Source: an uncultured Candidatus Saccharibacteria bacterium | GTDB lineage: Bacteria > Patescibacteriota > UBA1384 > JAMDBS01 > DAOVQR01 | DNA length: 63,642 nucleotides | Direction: 5' to 3' | Assembly: GCA_964481135.1 (NCBI GenBank) | Contig: CAYZSW010000006.1 | Span: 1-63,642, forward strand | In this document: one piece after another, positions 11,857-12,622 of the stretch | Numbering within the stretch: position 1 is the stretch's first letter | Layout of the letters: every line of letters begins with the position of its first letter | Position numbers and translations under genes: made by a program | Notes under the pieces: model-generated | Database searches by the model: none | What the model was told of the DNA's origin: nothing | Seen by the model: only the letters and a program-made list of their open reading frames with translations

Positions 11857-12045
11857 TGGAGCCCACTATTGGATTTGAACCAATAACCTCTTCCTTACGA
11901 AGGAATTGCCCCGTCTGCCAAGCGCCTGGAGCCGATAGTCGGAATCGAACCGACAACCTACGGTTTACGATACCGTTGCTCTACCGTTAAGCTATATCGG
12001 CGCTAAGCGACTGGCGGGCAGGTCTACCATTAAAGCTAAGTGGGC
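11857..12045 (-). other. interrupted tRNA-Thr(CGU)-like gene: 5' piece 12045..12023, 3' piece 11909..11857, split in the D stem by a 113-nt insert
   Basis: Minus-strand reading gives GCCCACT-TA-GCTT-TAATGGTA-GA // GC-A-ATTCC-TTCGTAA-GGAAG-AGGTT-ATTGG-TTCAAAT-CCAAT-AGTGGGC-T-CCA. The acceptor stem is a perfect 7 bp, and the T arm and anticodon loop are canonical. Position 14 is T rather than the usual A. Confidence 0.6.
11927..12001 (-). tRNA. tRNA-Thr (anticodon CGT), CCA encoded
   Basis: Hand-folded 75-nt cloverleaf: GCCGATA-TA-GCTT-AACGGTA-GAGC-A-ACGGT-ATCGTAA-ACCGT-AGGTT-GTCGG-TTCGATT-CCGAC-TATCGGC-T-CCA. All stems are Watson-Crick. Confidence 0.9.
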
Positions 12046-12046
12046 G

Positions 12047-12499
12047 TTATTTAAAATTTATCTCATCTCCTATTTGAAGATTATTTTTTTCAGCCTCACC
12101 AGCTGGTAATTCTAAAACCATATTACATTCTTCAGGTGATTTGTATGATTTGTTTTGATCTACATGCGAAACATCTTTTGTAATTCCAATAATTTTATTA
12201 TCATTGATCCAGACAATATCTAAATCAAACCTCATTCCTTTCATCCAAAAACTTCTAATTTGATTGTCAGGATATTCAAAAAGCATACCGTCAATCTCAC
12301 CCATATTATCTCTTTGCGATAATCCCTTGGCTTGATCTGCAAAAGATTTCACTACCTCAACACGATATTCTTTATTGGAAATTTTAATATTTTTAATTTG
12401 TGGTTTTTGGTTTTTATTATTCACAATGTAATAACTTAATATTAATAATATCAAACCTAATGTTAATATTATAAACATTATTATAAAATTCTTATTCAT
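12047..12499 (-). CDS. DUF192 domain protein with N-terminal membrane anchor
   Basis: 150-aa ORF. It has an N-terminal hydrophobic segment and the core GLSQRDNM...GMLF...FWMKGMRFDLDIVWI typical of DUF192 (COG1430). The stop codon is 1 nt from the outer tRNA 5' end. Confidence 0.7.
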   Translation of the reverse strand: MNKNFIIMFIILTLGLILLILSYYIVNNKNQKPQIKNIKISNKEYRVEVVKSFADQAKGLSQRDNMGEIDGMLFEYPDNQIRSFWMKGMRFDLDIVWINDNKIIGITKDVSHVDQNKSYKSPEECNMVLELPAGEAEKNNLQIGDEINFK

Positions 12500-12622
12500 C
12501 TGTTACCTATTCTAGCATTTTTGACCTTAAAAATCCAGATTTATTTATGTTTATTATAATACTTAAAGAATTATAGTAAAAAATACTAAATATTGTTTAA
12601 TATTTGATATAATATAACTATA

